Origin: Octopus bimaculoides
Lineage: Eukaryota
Direction: 5' to 3'
Assembly (NCBI RefSeq): GCF_001194135.2
Contig: NC_068981.1
Location: 33,712,316 to 33,776,315, forward strand
DNA: 64,000 bases
In this document: positions 1-13,769 of the stretch, in pieces
Layout of the letters: every line of letters begins with the position of its first letter
Numbering within the stretch: the stretch's first letter is position 1
The notes under the pieces: model-generated
What the model saw: the letters and a program-made list of their open reading frames with translations, nothing else
Told to the model about the DNA's origin: nothing
The model's database searches: none
Position numbers and translations under genes: made by a program

Positions 1-31
<31 letters not shown>

Positions 32-39
32 AAAAGGTG

Positions 40-395
40 CAGATGTAGCTGTCTGATAAGAAGTATGTTTCCCAGCCACATGGTTCCATGTTCAATCCCA
101 TTGCAAGGCACCTTGACGAAGTGACTTCCACTATAGCCTTGGACTGACCAATGCATTGGGGTGGAACAGGTTGCTGGAAACTGAAAGAAGCTGGGTTGTG
201 TGTGTGTGTGTGTGTTGGTGTTTGTCCCCCACCACCGCTTGACAACCAGTGTTGGTTTCTTCACCTCCCTGTTTGGTAAAAAGAATCTGATCGGAAAATA
301 TCAGACTTAAAAAAAAAATAAGTACTAGGATTGATTTTATTTAACTAAACCTTTCATGGTGGTGCCCCAGCATGTCTACAATCCAATGACAGAAA
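40..395 (+). mobile_element. tRNA-derived SINE family A, decayed copy
   Basis: Aligns by eye to the 7441-7815 copy (head, internal (GT)n, 3' TCCAGCATGG...GACTGAAACAAG region). Confidence 0.8.
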
Positions 396-454
396 CAAGA
401 CATATATAATATATATATCCATCCATCTATCTATATAGATGTCCATCCATCCAC

Positions 455-670
455 CTATCTATATTTGACTGCAGCCATGCTGGAGCATCGCCTCTAGTTG
501 AGCAAATAGAATCCAGGACTTATTCTTTGTAAGTCTAGTACTTAATCTATTGGTCCCTTTTGCTGAACTGCTAGGTTACGGGGAAGTAAACACACCAGCA
601 TTGGTTGTCAAGTGATAGGGGGGGGGGACAAACATATACACACACAAACACATACATATATGTATACTAG
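455..670 (-). mobile_element. SINE family A, 3' half, reverse orientation
   Basis: Reverse complement of 7620-7800. Confidence 0.8.
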
Positions 671-1059
671 CTTAAACACCGCCCAACAGGGTGGCTTTTA
701 AGCTAGCTCCTGTGGAGAGCTTTCCATTGGGCGTTGAGCCCAATAATGACACTTCATGCATTGAGTACATATTAAATTTTATTAAACCTGACCAATGTTT
801 TTCAAACAATGAACAATTTTCGTCAAAACAATGATATATGTCAACTTGGAACTTATTGCAAAGCTTCATGATAAACAACATTTTTTGTCTTCCCATTTGG
901 GGGTCAGTACAATATTTTTTTCTGTCTAACCTCTTTCTCTTTCTCTTGATTGTTTTCAACCATCACCATCACCAGTACAACCACCATCGCCAACACAACT
1001 GCCATACACACACCATTCAGACTTTTGACGCTACCACCACAAAACACGAACAAAACAAA

Positions 1060-2036
1060 AAACTGTTTTCAGTCTTTAAGCTGACAGATATAAACAAGAA
1101 GTCACACTACCTAACAACTATGAAGAAAAAGAAGAAACTAAAACTAGAACAGCAATGGATCATAATAAAACAATAGCATGAAAAGCCCCTTCAAGGCAAA
1201 TACTGGGCTAAATTAAACGTAAAAGAAATATACAAAGCAAAATCCCAGCAATGGCTGAGAAGCTCAGGACTCAAAGCAGAGACTGAAGGAGTTTTAAGTG
1301 CAGCATAAGACCAAAGCCTTCCCACCAGAAATTACAAAAAACATATAATCAAAAGAAACATAACAAGTAACTGCAGAATATGTGGAGGTAGACAAGAAAC
1401 AATAAATCATATTATCTCTGGCTGCCCAGTCCTGGCTAAGAAGGAATATATTCACAGACATGACAGAGCTGGGACCTACATACACTGGAAGCTATGCCAA
1501 CACTATAGAATAACAACAGAAAAAAGATGGTATAGGCACATGCCAGAAAAGGTCACATAAGACAAGAAAGCAACAATACTATGGGATATGCCAATACACA
1601 GATTGAGAAATTAAGGCCAATAGACCAAATATAGTTGTCAGAGATCATGAAGAAAAAAAAATGCTTTCTAATTGATGTATTAATACCAACAGATGACATT
1701 GTTTCTCTAAAAGAAATGGAGAAACTTTCAAAATACAAAGACCTGGAAATAGAGGTAACTCGAATGTGGAATCTAAAAACAGAAACAATTCCTATCATAG
1801 TAGGCACCTTAGGTATGATAAAAAAAAATATTCAGATAAATACATAACAAAAACACCAGGACCAACAAATATATGTAACATACAGAAAATAGCACTACTA
1901 GGCACTGCACACATCCTATGTAAAACACTTTCAATACAGTAACCATAAGAGCATCACAGCAAACCACAGCACATACCCAAGGCACACAGAGCTACACTCG
2001 GTAGTGAAGTGAAAGCACGTTATAAAAATAAGACTA

Positions 2037-2070
<34 letters not shown>
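1060..2070 (+). mobile_element. 3' fragment of R4/Dong-like non-LTR retrotransposon (restriction-like endonuclease) with (TAA)n tail
   Basis: Decayed frames give WLRSSGLKAETEG, CCHC knuckle CRICGGRQETINHIISGCP, RPNIVV..FLIDV, KLSKYKDL, IPIIVGTLG, LLGTAHIL; (TAA)n at about 2040-2068. Confidence 0.85.
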
Positions 2071-2071
<1 letters not shown>

Positions 2072-2149
2072 TAAAAATTATGGACTCTCTCATCGAAGAT
2101 GATGTATGAGTACAGTTTTTCTTTTACTGAATGACCTGCACAAATGATT

Positions 2150-2370
2150 TGTTTTATAGTGATCGAATGTATGTGCTGCACATTAGGTCGTTCCCTCCAT
2201 CAAATCAACATTGCCTGAAGAGGTGCACAGTGTACCACGCATCAGATGTCTAAGTGACCACAGAGCAACATGAGATGAAGTGTTTTGCTCAGGAACACAA
2301 TGCACTGCCTGGTCTAAGAATTTAAACCATGATCTTGTGATTATTAGTGCAACACTCTAACCACTAGGCC
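2150..2370 (-). mobile_element. tRNA-derived SINE family C fragment
   Basis: Shares GTG..TTGCTCA..AACACAA...CTAACCACT block with 13770-14105, 18770-18920, 42190-42385 and, reversed, 32995-33320. Confidence 0.7.
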
Positions 2371-3339
2371 GTATGTCATCCTTTAATAATAACAACAACA
2401 ACAACATCAATAATAATAATAATAATAATAATAATAATCCTTTCTACTATAGGCATAAGGCCTGAAATTTGAGGGGTGGGGCTAGTCAATTACATTGATC
2501 CCAGGGCTCAACCAGTACTTATTTTATCAATGTTGAATAGATGAAAGGCAAAGTGGACTCAACAATAATAATGATATCCATTATTATTTATTGATCCTAG
2601 TGAAATACTGGAGTCAATAAAAATCAACTATGCCTTTCTGAAGAAAGTTTTGTTTTGTGCTTATGCTAAAAATCCATATATGGGTATTTGGTAAAGAAGT
2701 TTACAACTCAACATTGTTTTAGGTTTGATTCTATTGTGTGGTGCCTTTGATAGACAGGAACTGTCGAGAAGCTTGTTCCTGTTCTTGGATGGCAGACTCA
2801 ATCTATTGTCACCTAATCCCTGTGCATTTGGGCCTAACTTCTTGCTCCAGTCTCAGAGGCCCTAAGAAATTTCATGGGCACTACATTTCTTGATCTGACA
2901 AAACAGATGACACACATATGCATGCACATGCATAATTTTTAAGACTCCTATGTATGTAGTTGTAGTAAGGTGTGCAAAATCTGCTTCCTATAATATTCGC
3001 ATCCACCCAATATCAACCGTATACAGTTGGAGACCTGCTCAAAGTCATGATATGGATTTAATCACATGGTTGTCCATCTGATTACACACACATACGTATG
3101 GATATACAGAAGCATGTCCATACATATGCATGGACTCATATGCAAATGTTTGGCTGTAAATTTATTGTTACTATAATATTTAATTCAACAGTTCTTAATA
3201 ATTATTATTGATAGTATTCATCATCATCATCATCATCATAATTAATGTCTTTCTTCTGCCATATATGTATGTTTGAACATGTGTAAATATATGTGTGTGA
3301 GTTCATATTTATATGCGTGTGCATGAGTGTGTGAATATA

Positions 3340-3412
3340 TAAACATACATATAAATATATATAATGTGTATGTGTGCGTATATATATATATATATGTGTG
3401 TGTGTATATATA

Positions 3413-3456
<44 letters not shown>

Positions 3457-3468
3457 CATGTGTGTATA

Positions 3469-3529
<61 letters not shown>

Positions 3530-3622
3530 TGTGGATTAACCTCCAAATTTGTAATGCTTTATTTAAAAAATTGGAAAGCTTTATTTAAAAAATTAATAAC
3601 AACAACAGCAATAATAATAATG

Positions 3623-3658
<36 letters not shown>

Positions 3659-3670
3659 GCAACAATAAAT
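3340..3670. repeat. (TA)n/(TG)n and (TAA)n microsatellites
   Basis: Direct reading; source of the poly-YI and poly-I ORFs. Confidence 0.95.
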
Positions 3671-4989
3671 AGAAAACAAATTTGAACAGAAGCTATTGAA
3701 CTGAAATTAATGTATCTTTGGGCATGTATATAGATATGCATTTTCTATGGATAGAATAGTATTATGTTTATTTTTATTTTCTCCTTTCTGGCTATGTTAG
3801 TGAGCAGAACAGTAGCGATATATGCAGAAGAAAATAGAAGAATAAGTCATGATCGATAGATCGATCGAAGAAACTGAACTACAAAGAAAAACGTCCGACA
3901 GCAATGGTTATGAAGTAAAAAGCAAATCCCGCTTTAATACACAGACTATCAAAGTGATGTTGCACATATGTATATGTGTATGCATATGTGTGAGTGTGTG
4001 TGCATGCATGTGTGAATATGCATGTGTGTGTGTGTGTGTATGTGTTTGTGCACTGAGAGAATTGATAGATATTGAGTAAATCATTTTTCTAAGACCATCA
4101 CAACATATGTGCGTCCAACAAGAATACATGCTTACAAAAGAGAAAAAGATGTATGCAAGTGTGTGTGTGTGTGTGTGTGTTTAAATGATAATTCATATAA
4201 TATATGCATGAGGAGAGAGTGAATTCATGTGTCTGTGTATGTGCATACCTATACTATGAGCAAGGATATGCATGCATGCATGCAGTTGTGTATAAGGTAT
4301 TATCATCACAAACATTCCAGATATGACCACTCTGCCTTTTAGGCAAGAATGTAGCTTACTACATTATCTAATCTGTCCTACATTTTTCAAGACAGCAGAG
4401 TGTGATACTGAAAATAGTTTGGCTGTTATTTCTAGCAGATTGAACAACTACATAGAAGCTTTTTTTTCATTGGCTCCTAGAAGAGGTTCCCTCATTATGC
4501 TGTTTGTTGTTGTTGCTTTTCTTTAGCCCCAGGTCAGCTCTAATCATGCAGTCTTATGGCATAAAGGTAATCAGCTGAATGATAAAAATACAACAGCCCC
4601 CACCCCCATCTTCTAGTTACATCATGTCTTCAGTAACTGAGGATCATACTGCATTATCCAACAAGTAGCAATGAAACACATGGGGTGCAGTGTGACAATC
4701 TTACATATTGCACTCTCTCCACTGTTCAGTATTTATTTCTGCATATCCATAGATTCTGACAGTGGCTGTAGCAGAGACAAACAAGGTAGTCGTAGTCAGT
4801 GTGCAACAGTTGCAGTTTCTATGCACTTCCTGTTGGTGGTGTGCATCCCCAGCAATGCATTTGGGACTAGTGAGGCTATTGATGTTGCAGTAATTTCTGT
4901 TTGTGTATTCCTTTTTCTTAGCTGAGCTGAATAGGAGAGAAAATATTAAAATGATGTAGTTGGTATTCTGGTATTTTGTGCATATGTCT

Positions 4990-6560
4990 GGGTCATTTCT
5001 TTGTTTTTTTTTTTTTGTTTTTTTCTTTCATATCATGGACTATGAGAGTTGAAGATGACTGCAACAAACTATGCCAACTGCATATCCAGGGAGTCATTAA
5101 TTTTTAGCAATTTATTTCATTGTGTAAGTGGCCAGAAGGTGTAGTATGTGTACATCCTGTTATGAATGCACAGAGAACTGTTTTGTGTTCTTTGTAGTTT
5201 ATTATGGTTTGTTGCTGAGAAACAGGGAAATGTACAGGTAAGGATTGTCATAATCCATGATGGATCCAATGCATTGCTTGTTCACCATTGTTGCTGTTGG
5301 CCAGATGTGGTATATGTGGTTGCTCAAAATACGTTTGTGTGTAGTTTTGTTTTCTTTACTATGCTACCTATGTGTTGTGAATGTTATAGAAGATTTGTAT
5401 TTAGCAATGAGCATTTTAATCTGTTTGTGTGGGATGTGTGTGTTGTTTAGTGTAAAGGTTAATAATTGTACCTGATGACCTCTGGTGTTGCTGATAAGAA
5501 ATGAGACAGTGGATTTAATAGGTGTACTTTAACCCTTTTGTTACCATATTTCTATGGAACTACACTGGCCATGTTTCATTTAATTTTGAAAATGAGGAAG
5601 AATTTATAAAATAACTTTGTCATTATTTAAACTGACATTTGGAAAATAAATAAACAAGAAATTTTGATGGAAGCATTTTAGACCAGGAAGTGTGTGTGAT
5701 AGAAACAGGGGTAGTTTCAGGTGGTTTGGTATCAGGTTAAGCCTGTTGTGAAACGAAGTTTCTCTGTGATTTAAGTAGGGTTGAAGTAGTTGTGAAACCG
5801 TGCCTGGTGACAGAGAGAAAGGTGTTATGTCAACTACATATGAGGTTATCTGTAGATTCCATGGATGTGTGGAAAAGTTGAGATAGTAAAAAAATGAGAG
5901 AGAAGATGGATCTCTTGATATTCTATTCAGGAAATTGCAGGTTTTGGCAGTGTTATTCTTGTATTTGAGCAGCTTGATATGTAGCATGCTAGTTAGCAAT
6001 TTGTGCTGTTTCTTAAGATGTAGTTCAGTATTTTTGTATGAGTGAATAGTGGGGAATGAAACTGGAAGTATTGTTGCTGTTGATGGTAGAAAGAATGGTA
6101 TAAATGTAAAGTTTTTGTTGTTGACAACCTCATGTATTTGCTGTGCTTGTGAGCAGTGTGGTGGTTGAGTGTAATGTTCTGAATGCATGTTGTGATTGAG
6201 AGAGAAAAATGTATGGACTAATGATGTCAAAGATTAGTCGTTCTATAATTTTTGAGGGTGTACATCTATTATTACTTCACTTAGGTTTTTGTTGAACTTT
6301 ATAGAATTGTTATAATTTTGTCTAGCTTCCAGGTTCTGAGAATTTGACAATGTTGGTAGGAGTTGCAGAAATTGGTGAGTGCAGTGATTCATTGATTGAT
6401 GTATGTTTTGTGGTGGTAACTGATAAGCAATCCAAAGAAAGATGGGAAATTGTTTACCAAGAAGTGGTGGAAGTAGTTGAGTGGAACAGAATGTGATATC
6501 TGAAGAACTGTTGTAGTTGTCATGGTGAACAAGCTGAAGGTTTATGCAGCTTAGAAACAT
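4990..6560 (-). mobile_element. Decayed LINE reverse transcriptase (Jockey/I-like)
   Basis: Broken frames show ITSYVVDIT (degenerate YADD), LQPYLN and LQRTQNSSL..ITGCTHTTP..HLHNE typical of LINE RT C-termini. Confidence 0.75.
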
Positions 6561-7440
6561 GAATAATGCCTGTCAAATGAGATGTCCTTGCAAAATCTAA
6601 TTCATCACACTAGAAGACGAAGTCACCAACTTTGTGGTCCTTGGCAGAAGAGGATATAAGACCATATCTGCAATGCTCTATGAATTGCGATGACTTGGTT
6701 ATGTGCACAACATGAATTAAGGTCACATCCTTAAGGATCTACTGTATTGCCAGCTTGAATGCAAATCATGATCAACAAGCAGTCACTACTAGAGATAAAG
6801 AGATGCATGCAAAAGAGATCACAATTCAACAAATATTGAAGTAGTCATGGAAGAAGTACATTGAACCAGTTAACCTGGAGATATACTGTGGAAACATAGG
6901 TGAAAAATGAAAGGAAGGTCAATTAAAATCAGCTTTGGGCAGTAAAAAGACAGAGTCTTTATCTGAAATGACTGCAATAAGAACTGTCACTCTTAAATTA
7001 CATGATGTGCTAAAATAATGGGGGACATTGGATAAGAGGAGGAAGAGAGAGAAGGAAAAGAAATTTCCATTTAAGATGGCTAGAGACCAATGAAATGACA
7101 GTGTGAAAAGATGCAGGTATATTGTGCATATATGGTGGAGAATGTTATACATTTATATAAATATGCAACGTGAATATGTGGAAGAATGCAAAGAAGAGAC
7201 TGAATGTGAGGGAATGAGAGAAAAAAAACAGACAGAGTGGAAGAAATTGTCAGAGAGAAGAGAAGTAGAAAGTGTCAAGAAAGAGAGAGAAAATACATAA
7301 TATACAGGAGCTCCAGATGTAATAAAATAATCTGGAGAAGGATAATTGTGTTATTGTTTAGACCCTGGCCGAGGAAACAGACATACAGCCAAAGGCTTTC
7401 CAGCACTGACTATTCTGCCTTTTTATTTTTTTTGTACAGT

Positions 7441-7815
7441 GGCGCAGGAGTGGCTGTGTGTTAAGTAGCTTGCTTACCAACCACATGGTTCCGGGTTCAG
7501 TCCCACTGCCTGGCACCTTGGGAAAGTGTCTTCTGCTATAGCCTCGGGTCGACCAAAGCCTTGTGAGTGGATTTGGTAGACGGAAACTAAAAGAAGCCTG
7601 TCGTATGTATGTATATGTGTGTTTGTCCCCCCCTAACATCGCTTGACAACCGATGCTAGTGTGTTTATGTCCCCGTCACTTAGCGGTTCGGCAAAAGAGA
7701 CCGATAGAATAAGTACTAGACTTACAAAGAATAAGTCCTGGGGTCGATTTGCTCGACTAAAGACGGTACTCCAGCATGGCCGCAGTCAAATGACTGAAAC
7801 AAGTAAAAGAGTAAA
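7441..7815 (+). mobile_element. Near full-length tRNA-derived SINE family A
   Basis: tRNA-like head with A-box-like GTGGCTGTGTGTTAAG and B-box GGGTTCAGTCCC, internal (GT)n, AAAAGAGT-type tail. Related copies near 8705-8830(-), 19140-19320(+), 20140-20340(-), 29440-29600(+), 32110-32380(-), 36235-36590(+), 36625-36790(-), 40745-40905(+), 41830-42000(+), 45990-46110(-), 46180-46310(+), 51755-51920(+). Confidence 0.88.
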
Positions 7816-9519
7816 TCCAAGACATGATGCAGTGTGTCCTTTTAAGTAGGTATAGTGTAATTTGAGAAAGATTTGGCTACTATTTCTCACAAGTCAAACA
7901 AACCATGTAGACGTTCCTTTATTGGTTTGTGGATGTTTTGTGTAGGTTAGTTATCTTCATTATTTTCAAAACTAATTATCAACTGAACTTCATTTAAGCT
8001 TCAACAATCCAAGAGTATGATTAGTTAAGCTATGAATTTACTTTTGGCCAGATATTAGAAAAGGGAACACAAAATTTAATCAAGTTTTGATTACCAAACC
8101 TTACAAAAGAGAAAGAAAGAAGAGGCAAGGAGACTTATACGAACAATTGAAAATTAAGTTTTGCAGATGACAAATGTTTTACTCTGAATCTGCAATGTGG
8201 TTACTCAACCTTTCAAACAGTAACCAAATCTCCTACAAATAGCCTCCTACTTTACTAAAAAAGAAGGAAAAAGTTTGATAATGCAATCATCATTATATGT
8301 AATGACTATCAAAAGGATGCAATCACCTATGACAAGAGCTAACTTTGTGCTAAATAACAACAAAACTAATAGAGATTTGTTCTTAAATGGGTTACACTTT
8401 TTTTTCCCTCTCTTGTGACTACATTAAAGATTGTTGAAATATATCTTTTAGCGTTCACTTGTTTCAGTGATTATATTATCATCATGTTGATGCCCATTTT
8501 TCCATGGGTCAGACAGAATATGCGGAGTCAGATTATCTACGGCTAGATGTCCTTCCTCTCGTCAACCATCATCAGATTTTTAAGTAAGGTAAAACTTTCT
8601 CATTGCCAGCCATATTTTTATGGAAGACTAGAAATGAAGGACATTGCATGTATAACGGAGACGCTCGTTTACGAGTATTGTACCGTGTCAAAACAAGGGA
8701 CACACACAACGGACTTATTTCAGTTTCCTTCCATCAAATCCTCTCGCGAAGCTTCAGCTGACCCGGAGTTATAATAGAAGACAGGCTCAAAGCCCAATCA
8801 GTGGGACTGAACCCAAAACCAAATGGTTGCAAATCACACACACACACACACACACACAAGAAGAGTTACAGAAATAACTGTATAGTTTAGCTTACTGTCG
8901 GCAGCCAGTAATGAACAAAGTGGGTCCTTATATTCAAGGATTGCCCAATAAAGTGATATGTGCATGTATGCATAAGTGGTATGATTAGTAGACAACAGAA
9001 AAAAAAAGACATGAAAAACAGATGACTAAGGAAAATAGAGGAAATCATGACGAAAGAATATATATAAAAAAAAGATTTTTTTCATTGATCGAGAGAAAGC
9101 ATTTTAACAACTCTATTTGAAAGAAGCTAGCTTGAATTTAGTTGCCCTCAAACAAAACCCCTAGAGAGGCGGTGTTGGATGTAGGGGGGCTTCCGTAAGA
9201 GACGTTGGCACTTCAAAGACGATTGGAGTTTTGATTTCTTTGAAATTGCCGGAAAGATAAAAAGACATATCAGTCTCAAAAGCCATTTCTCACAGTCAAA
9301 TAAGCACATTAGTTTGTAATGTTAGAGAGAAGGGGACAGAAAGAAAACAAACTGAGCAAAAATCAAAAACAAGAAATCATATCACTCTAACAATAATAAA
9401 CGTTAGTCATATACATATATATATTTTTTAATATATGCACTGTCGAAGTGAGTACAACAACCGCAATAACAGAAAGGGACAATAAAGGAAAATTGAGCAA
9501 TAAAAATAGAAAATAACTG

Positions 9520-9554
<35 letters not shown>

Positions 9555-12500
9555 AGCCTGTCAAATAGATTAGGTTTACATGGCAAAAATGTATGCAGAA
9601 TCAAAAAAAGGAAAAAAAAAAAAAATGCTAATTTGTGTATACACGTGCATACATGTGTGTGCATGTGTATAGCGAACCCGGCCTTTCTTCTCTTTTCCTT
9701 TTGACATTTTAAATAGGTACGAGTCCTTGGAAGGGAAATTAGGAAAGCTATAACAATACTGCTTTATCACGATAACATGAAGTGGAGTGACATCATCCGA
9801 TGCCTGGATTTGCTGAGCAGTTTTTTTTTTCTCGTACACGAAACAGAGATAGAGATTGAAAATAAAACACCCCCTTCCCCGAAAAAAGGTTGGTTTTACT
9901 AATTAAATATGTGCTCTTTTTTCACTAATATTTTAAATAAAAAATATATAAAATACAAAATTAATAAATTTTACAGAAGTCTGAGCAGTCCAAACAATTT
10001 CCTCTCACATGCGCACATAAAAGTTTAAGGAAATTGAGACTGATCCATCGATCGAGTGCTGCGACGAGAACCAAACGGCACAATTGCATGTCGATTTGCT
10101 CGACATGTAATCTCTTTTCAACTGGCGTCAGAGAAACCGGTGGAATCACCTTAGGAGTGGAGACAGCTGAAGCGGCAAGCAAAACGGCCTCTATTTCATG
10201 GATGTGAAAACAAATTGGTCTGGTAATTGTTTGTGGGAAAATATCGTTCATGTGTGTCAATGTGCTATTGGAATATTGATAACCCTACTCTTTGGTGTAT
10301 GTAAATATATATATATTTTAAACCATTAGGCGGGCTGCTTAACAAACAGTAAATTCTGATGTCAGCTTTGATTTGGTAGATTTTATCCAAAGTTATTCCA
10401 GCCATAACCATTTCTGTCTTTATTCAGACGCAGATTAAAGGTTAAACTTTGTGTCCTTTACACAAAAAAGAAAAGAAATGAAAAAAAAAAGCGCATTCTG
10501 TGGGAAATTTGGCTGTTATTTCTAGTAGACTCAACAATTACATAATGCTTCCCAGTGTACCATTGTAACAGATAATACGTAATGATTCCATTTTCCTGAT
10601 GGAGGCATATAACAAAAACAAAATTTCTTGTTTCTCACATAAAAGTGTCAAATATAAGAACATCTGTATCTTACATTACGCGAACTTCTGCGACATTGAA
10701 CACTGCTGGAAACAACAGTCAAATCTACTGTCTTAAAAAATAAAGACATCTTGAAACTGCACCAAGGCTCTCCTATAATTCTGGATGGGTACTGAGATCT
10801 TCTAGAGATCTCTTGAAAATGTCTGGCCATGGGGAAATATTACTTTGTTTGGAAAAATGTGAGGGTTGGTGAGAGGAAGTGCATCTGGCTACAGAAAATC
10901 TGTCTCAGTAAACACTGACTCATACAAACATGAAAAAGTGGACACTAAACGATGATGGTGATGAGACTATCTAAGCAAAACACCCTCCAGAAGTATTTAG
11001 AATGTTAAAACAAGCAAGGAAGATAAAAGTTTTGAACACTATCAATAATGCTGACTGGTCTTTAAAACCAATCGGTGATAGCAAGACATGTTTCAATCTA
11101 ATTATATTTCATCAGTAAAGCATGTTCCATTCAGTTGGTAAGACTATGAGTTAATATATAGAGAAACAGTGGAAATATAGTGATGCTGATTATGAATATC
11201 AACTTGGTTGTGAAAAACTGTCAAAGGGAAGCATTGCATACTAAATATAAATACAACAGTCTCATATTCAGTACAGTGATGTTTTGTTTTAAATTTTTTA
11301 ACAACACTAGAAGTAGTTTTCTTTTCCTTTTCTACAAATTACTTAGCCAATCTTAGTTAATCAAAGTTCTTCAGACCCAACTATATCCGTATGCTCCACA
11401 GAGGTATTTTCCCTTAGCTATGTTGCTAATATTTATTAGTCAGTGTCAATAAGTTCCAACTTTCCCCTAATTAAATTGCCATCATCATTTCTGTGCTGAC
11501 ATGAATTGGACAGTTTGAGAGAAGGAGACAAAGCCAGAGGACTCACTAAGCTCCAATGTCTGCTTTGGCATAGTTTCTATGGTTGCATTTTTTCTGAAGT
11601 ATTTAATTCTTGAGAGGGTGTAAAGTCCACATGAATAGTATTGAAGGTCGAAGGAGATAACATCTTTGAAAACTTTGTTCATTGTTATACACTTGTCAGC
11701 CATTCTACCTTCAGAGTTATCTATTATTTTTATCTTTATGTCAAGAAGTAACTAAAGTATGAAACCAAAGACATTATCATCATCATCATCATCACTTAGT
11801 ATCTGTTTTCAGTGCTGTCATGTGTTGAATGGTTCAACAGGAACTAGTGAGCCAAAGAATTGTGCCAAGCTCCAGTGTCTGTTTTGGTATGGTATCTACA
11901 GCAGGAGCTTTTTGTGTGGCACCAGCACTAGTAAGTTCATCAAGTAATTTGCAAGACAAAACACCCTCAACTGAGGTGGGCATAGTGCTGAGGGAGGTGG
12001 CTTTATGCCAAGTGATGAGAATTTAAACTGTGAAAGATGGACAAGAACAGATATCTTTCTGTAGTGAAGATACATGGCTATTCCAGTTGGAAAAAGAGAA
12101 AAGATGGTAGTGAAGAGTTGTTAGTCCAGAGGACTGGACAGTGTGAATGGGCAGCTAAATTTGTAAAATTGTGCAACAGTTTGACTACATATATAATTCT
12201 TTAACACATCTTTATATACTGCTAAAATGCCCTGATTTTCATATCACAGAAAAGTGCATATGGCTATAATTCCAGTAAATAAAGTACATTAATTGCCTCA
12301 ATAAACTGTGGATACTACAAACATGTGTCAGTAATATGTGTGTCATACATAATTTAAAATATTTATCAGCCAATGGTCCTACAAATAATGTAAATAATAT
12401 ATTATGTCATTGATTTAATTTCATAGTTTATCAGTGAATTGTCTTATGAATAATATTAGTCTATGTGTATAATTTATCTTAAATATCTTTCTATGGTTAA

Positions 12501-12989
12501 AGCATTGCAAACATAAACCTTTGTAGAATGATATTATTGATGTATATTTATACTAAACTGAAAATCAGTGTACTTTATGTTATGTTACTTTAGGTCATTT
12601 AAGTTGGTGATTCAAGAAATAGATTGATAAAACAAACCAAGATAATTCCTGGATTCAATATTGAAGACAATGTCACAGAATGACTGCGGTCTGATAACTG
12701 AATCAAATAAGAAAAAGACTTATACGAATATATATATTCATAAATATGTATTTATTCCTACATAAACGTGGGTGTTCTGTTAGAACAAATTTTACTACTG
12801 TAGATACTATGAGAGAAACTCTCATATTGGCTTTTGATGTGATATAAACAAGTGATATTACAGGAATTTATACAGACAAGAATGTATTTTGCACCAAAAA
12901 ACCAAGCTTCTCTCATGGTATCAACTGCAGTATAGTTTGCTCTAACAGAACATCCACATTTAAGTGGGGATAAATATTACCTCTCAGTA

Positions 12990-13300
12990 TCAATACTGCC
13001 TGTCTCCCTTCCTGGCACGTGTAAAGACATTTGAGTGAGATCGTTGCCAGTGCCGCTGGACTGGCTCCTGTGCAGGTGGCACGTAAAATACACCATTTTC
13101 AGCGTGGCTGTTGCCAGTACCACCTGACTGGCCTTTGTGCTGGTGGCACGTAAAAGCATCCACTACACTCTCGGAGTGGTTGGTGTTAGGAAGAGCATCC
13201 AGCTGTAGAAACTCTGCCAGATCAGATTGGAGCCTGGTGTAGCCATCTGGTTCACCAGTCCTCAGTCAAATCGTCCAACCCATGCTAGCATGGAAAGCGA
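12990..13300 (+). mobile_element. RTE-related short repeat (SINE or LINE 3' end)
   Basis: Same sequence as 38125-38445 and 62826-63125; family ends CATGGAAAGCGGACGTTAAACGATGATGAT. Confidence 0.85.
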
Positions 13301-13375
13301 ACTAACCGACTTCATTACGCAATATTTTGATAATGAAAAGCAATAGAAAACTCTAGTTAAGTCACAAGTATTTAT

Positions 13376-13728
13376 TCACAATCAACTTTTATTTCCTGTC
13401 TTACAAGTTTTCAATGTGGCCACCACCTGCAACATCAATGCAATAAGAGAGTTCCTCCCAGATGCGTATCAGCATATCACAATCCACTGAGAACTTCTTT
13501 GGCTGTCTGGTCGAATGCTTTATCAAATTTTTCAATTTCCCTTCTATGTCAATATCTTCTGGAATTGCCTCAAGCAAAGCAAATTTATTCTTTAGTTCCA
13601 TAATGAACTTGCTTTTGATATGCTGATACGCGTCTGGGAGGAATTCTCTTATCACATTGATGTTGCCCGTACTGCAGGCGGTGGCCACATTGAACACTAG
13701 TAAGACAGGAAGTAAAAGTTGATTGTGA
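13376..13728. repeat. Fold-back: about 105-nt inverted arms derived from a Tc1/mariner 3' end around a LINE-like spacer
   Basis: 13376-13479 is the reverse complement of 13616-13728 (several mismatches, one 8-nt indel); arms encode DMLIRIWEELSYCIDV..GGHIE. Confidence 0.8.
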
Positions 13729-13769
13729 GNNNNNNNNNNATATATATATATATATATACATATATATAT

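Noticed and set aside
3205-4129. ORFs rich in YI/IY, poly-I, HT/CV
   Set aside because: Translations of (TA)n, (TAA)n and (TG)n microsatellites; the same applies at 20231-22205, 30768-31068 and 35866-36126
7441-7520. tRNA-like sequences here and at 37170, 46725 and 33000
   Set aside because: A/B boxes are present but there is no complete cloverleaf with acceptor stem; they continue into SINE bodies, so they were not called tRNA genes
11485-11720. 72-aa ORF MADKCITMNK... and an alternative + frame
   Set aside because: No homology recognised, no convincing splice sites, and partly repeat-derived
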